Below, in pieces: positions 56,715-59,701 of a stretch of DNA of 59,701 nt (its first letter is position 1; every line of letters starts with the position of its first letter). The notes beneath the pieces were generated by a model that did not search any database, was not told the DNA's origin, and worked only from the letters and a program-made list of their open reading frames with translations. The DNA is from a virus (Duplodnaviria; Caudoviricetes): positions 1 through 59,701 of IMG/VR virus record IMGVR_UViG_3300032218_001256, one strand, 5' to 3'. Position numbers and translations under genes: made by a program.

Positions 56715-59701
56715 ATGAAAGCTCAAATATTAAAAATTGCTGGAGTTAAGAATGAGAAAGAGTTCTACAAGAAGTTCCCTACAGAGGAAGCTTTCATGAA
56801 GAAGCATGGCAAAGAGTTAAAGAAAGCACAAGTGGGTGCAATGATTAGTGAGAACACTCAACCAGTAAAACCTGTAACTCCTATATCTTATAGTGATCTT
56901 TATAGTAATGCAACTTCTGCAGTTACTGGTATTAGTCCAGAAGAACAAGCTAGACAAGAGGCATTAGCTTCTCAGCAAGCAATAGCTGCTTCAGGACAAC
57001 AATCAGGTGGAGGTATGGGTAATATTGGAGATGTTCTTAAAGGTATTGATCCTTCTGCAATTGCATCATTAATAGGTGCTAAGAATGGTAAGAAGTTACC
57101 AAAAGCTCAAAAAGGTTTTGAAGGACTTATCAAACCTCCTGCTATGCCTAATGTTGGTATGACTAACTTAGCAAACACAAAAGGATTTGGATTAACTGCT
57201 TTAAATGAACCAGGAGAATCTCCTGAAAGAGGAGGAGCATATAAAGATGCATTAATGTCATTAGCAACAAATGCAGGAAGTCTTATTGGAGGAATTGATC
57301 AATGGACTCAAAATACAAAAGACACTGCTAAAGCTAACATGTATGGTAAGGTTAGTGATGTTACATTACAAGCAGCATCATTAAGACCTGAACAAAACAG
57401 AAGACGTTATGTTCGTCCAGAGGATCAGCCAATGCAAAACTTTAAACCTCTTGGTTCAGGTACTAATTATCTTGCTGCACAAAATGGAACAATGATTGGT
57501 GGTAATCCTACAGAGATTCAGAATATGTATAATAGTCCAAATACTATGTACACTGATCTTGGTTATGAACCATTGAATGATGAGAATCAAGTTAAGCAAT
57601 ATGCAAGAGGTGGTAAAATGAAAAAAGTACAAGATGGTATTAATCTTGATCCATTTGCTGGTATAGGTGGTGGTCTTGGTGGAGCGTTAGGTTCTGCTGC
57701 AGGAAAAGGAACTGGTAAAGGTGGACCTGGTTCTGCAATTGGCTCTGCTCTTGGTGGTGCTCTTGGAACATTTATTCCTATTCCAGGAGTTGGTACATTC
57801 TTAGGATCTACACTTGGTGGATTTGTTGGTGGACTATTTGATTCAGGTCAACAAAATGAAGCACAAGCTGCTCAAGATAAACTTAATCAGAACTTACAAG
57901 CTTCTGCATTTCAATCAGGAACACAAAATCTACAGACACAGAATAAAGCATTTATGGAAGATGGTGGATGGGTGAGCAATGATTGGCAGCCACAAGTGAT
58001 TACAACATTTGGTGATCATAAAGTTAAAGATTTATTAAAGCCCCCTCATGATGCAGATATGTTAAGAGCTGGTGGACATTTGAAATATTACACTCCTCCT
58101 AGTGCAGAAGCTATGTACACAGGCAAAGCAGAAGATGGTGTACAGATGGCTATGGGTGGAGATCTACAAGTAGCTAGAGGATCTGCTGATACAATGTCTT
58201 ATAATCCTTATCTTCCAGGAGATGGTGAAACAGTTATGTTTAGAGGACCTTCTCATGATAATGGTGGTATGCCAGTATCATTTGGACAGAATGGTGTAGA
58301 GGTTGAGGGTGGTGAGCCTGCAATCAAAATGCAAGATGGTGGTCAACAAGAGAATCTTGTAGTTTATGGAAACATGCCAATTCCTGATTATGGAGTTAAT
58401 GAAATAGGTGATCCTAAAGCTAAAGGTAAGAAGTTTAAAAACTATATTGCTGACCTATCTAAACAAGAGGCTAAGATAAATAAATCAATAGATAAGGGAG
58501 TTAAATTAGTTAACACTAAAGATAGTGATGATCCATTTGATCAATTAGCATTTAACTCTGGTAAAGCTATGATAATGGGAGGCAATCAAAAGCTTAGAAC
58601 AATTGCTGAGAGAAAGATGGATACAGCTGCTGTACAGAATGGAATTCTTGATACAGCAGAGCAGTTTGGTGTTAAGAGTGATGATCTAGCCAAAGGTAAA
58701 CTTAAGATGGATAAAGATAATAACATGTATGCTGAGTTTGGAAAGAAGGTTAAATTCCAAGCAGGTGGAACAAGTAAATTTGTTGATCCAGAATTTCATT
58801 TAGGAGTTTCTAAACTTCCACAAGAATTAGCTCCTTCATATGATATTAGAAACTATCTTACTAAAGGAATGATTAAACCAATGGAAATTATTAATCCTCC
58901 AGCTCTTCCAAATTATTATGAATGGGATAAAGAGATTGGAGATTATGCACCTGGTGAATCAATAGGAATAGGAAATAAAGATAAAGTTGTAGTGGGTAAT
59001 ACTCCTAGTTTATCAGAAATAAATAAAGGAGTTGATCAAGGAGTAACATCTAAGAAAAAACAAATAGATCCATTTTGGGGAAATCTTTTACAGATGGGAT
59101 TAACATCAGCATCTCCTTTCTTACGTCCTAGTTCAGATCAACCTCTTGATCCTGCTACGTATGCACCAGAGATGTATATGTTGGCTAACAATCAAATAGA
59201 GCCTGTAGCAGCACAATCATATGATCCATTGTTAGCTCAACCAACGTCAATTAGTTTTCAAGATCAATTGAATGAGGTGACAGCACAAGCTCGTGCTGCT
59301 GAAAAGATGGCTGCTTATAATCCTGAAGCTGCTGCAATGATTGCTGCAGGTTCTTACAATGCTAAGAATAAAATACTAGCAGAACAGTTTAGAGCTAATC
59401 AAGCTGAGCAACAGCGTGTAGCTGAGCAGAATCGTAATGTTCTTAATGATGCAAAATTAAAGAACTTAGCCATCTATGATACTCAGTCTCAACGATATGC
59501 TGAAGCTAAGAGTAAGACTAAAACACAGGCGTTAGAGGTTATGAAATCAGTTGCTGATAAGATTGCTAAGAACAAACTTGAGAACAGAACACTTGCTGTA
59601 TACGAGAACTTATATCCAGCTTACTCATTCACTTCGAAAGGTACAGCTTATAAGAATCCATTATACACTAGCTTCTTTAATACATTAGGTGGTATAGGAA
59701 G
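56715..59701 (+). CDS. Large cargo (ejection) protein, partial, running off the window edge
   Basis: ATG at 56715: MKAQILKIAGVKNEKEFYKKFPTEEAF...; glycine-zipper hydrophobic segment; 'GPSHDNGG...VEVEGGE'; absent from the ORF track, consistent with no stop in the window. Confidence 0.8.
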   Translation, partial: MKAQILKIAGVKNEKEFYKKFPTEEAFMKKHGKELKKAQVGAMISENTQPVKPVTPISYSDLYSNATSAVTGISPEEQARQEALASQQAIAASGQQSGGGMGNIGDVLKGIDPSAIASLIGAKNGKKLPKAQKGFEGLIKPPAMPNVGMTNLANTKGFGLTALNEPGESPERGGAYKDALMSLATNAGSLIGGIDQWTQNTKDTAKANMYGKVSDVTLQAASLRPEQNRRRYVRPEDQPMQNFKPLGSGTNYLAAQNGTMIGGNPTEIQNMYNSPNTMYTDLGYEPLNDENQVKQYARGGKMKKVQDGINLDPFAGIGGGLGGALGSAAGKGTGKGGPGSAIGSALGGALGTFIPIPGVGTFLGSTLGGFVGGLFDSGQQNEAQAAQDKLNQNLQASAFQSGTQNLQTQNKAFMEDGGWVSNDWQPQVITTFGDHKVKDLLKPPHDADMLRAGGHLKYYTPPSAEAMYTGKAEDGVQMAMGGDLQVARGSADTMSYNPYLPGDGETVMFRGPSHDNGGMPVSFGQNGVEVEGGEPAIKMQDGGQQENLVVYGNMPIPDYGVNEIGDPKAKGKKFKNYIADLSKQEAKINKSIDKGVKLVNTKDSDDPFDQLAFNSGKAMIMGGNQKLRTIAERKMDTAAVQNGILDTAEQFGVKSDDLAKGKLKMDKDNNMYAEFGKKVKFQAGGTSKFVDPEFHLGVSKLPQELAPSYDIRNYLTKGMIKPMEIINPPALPNYYEWDKEIGDYAPGESIGIGNKDKVVVGNTPSLSEINKGVDQGVTSKKKQIDPFWGNLLQMGLTSASPFLRPSSDQPLDPATYAPEMYMLANNQIEPVAAQSYDPLLAQPTSISFQDQLNEVTAQARAAEKMAAYNPEAAAMIAAGSYNAKNKILAEQFRANQAEQQRVAEQNRNVLNDAKLKNLAIYDTQSQRYAEAKSKTKTQALEVMKSVADKIAKNKLENRTLAVYENLYPAYSFTSKGTAYKNPLYTSFFNTLGGIG

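Noticed and set aside
1-59701. Stop-codon reassignment as in some Crassvirales
   Set aside because: Long genes are intact in the standard code, TAG and TGA both end genes with tight coupling, and no suppressor tRNA was seen

Overview
59.7 kb segment of a Crassvirales-like (crAss-like) phage genome, read in the standard genetic code. The host is most likely Bacteroidota, judged from TTG-N19/20-TAnnTTTG promoters. Two divergent arms meet near 25.1 kb. The minus-strand arm carries replication and early genes: partial class II ribonucleotide reductase, PD-(D/E)XK nuclease, HNH, rIIB/rIIA, UDG-like, DUF932, primase, SSB, AAA ATPase, SF2 and DnaB helicases, family B DNA polymerase, two 2OG-Fe(II) oxygenases and many small ORFs. 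The plus-strand arm carries virion genes: HU/IHF-like, terminase, portal, scaffold, major capsid, ring and auxiliary capsid proteins, collagen-like and Cys-rich fibres, a metallophosphoesterase, tail tubular and muzzle proteins, and cargo proteins. The most striking unannotated signal is at 23641-23957 (minus strand): two head-to-tail twister-ribozyme-like units, one nucleotide apart, with invariant catalytic-core motifs and covarying stems. Each carries a different structured ~90-nt insert in P5, which suggests a self-processing RNA array inside a ~1 kb cluster of structured non-coding elements. All calls come from reading motifs by eye; no searches or folding programs were run.
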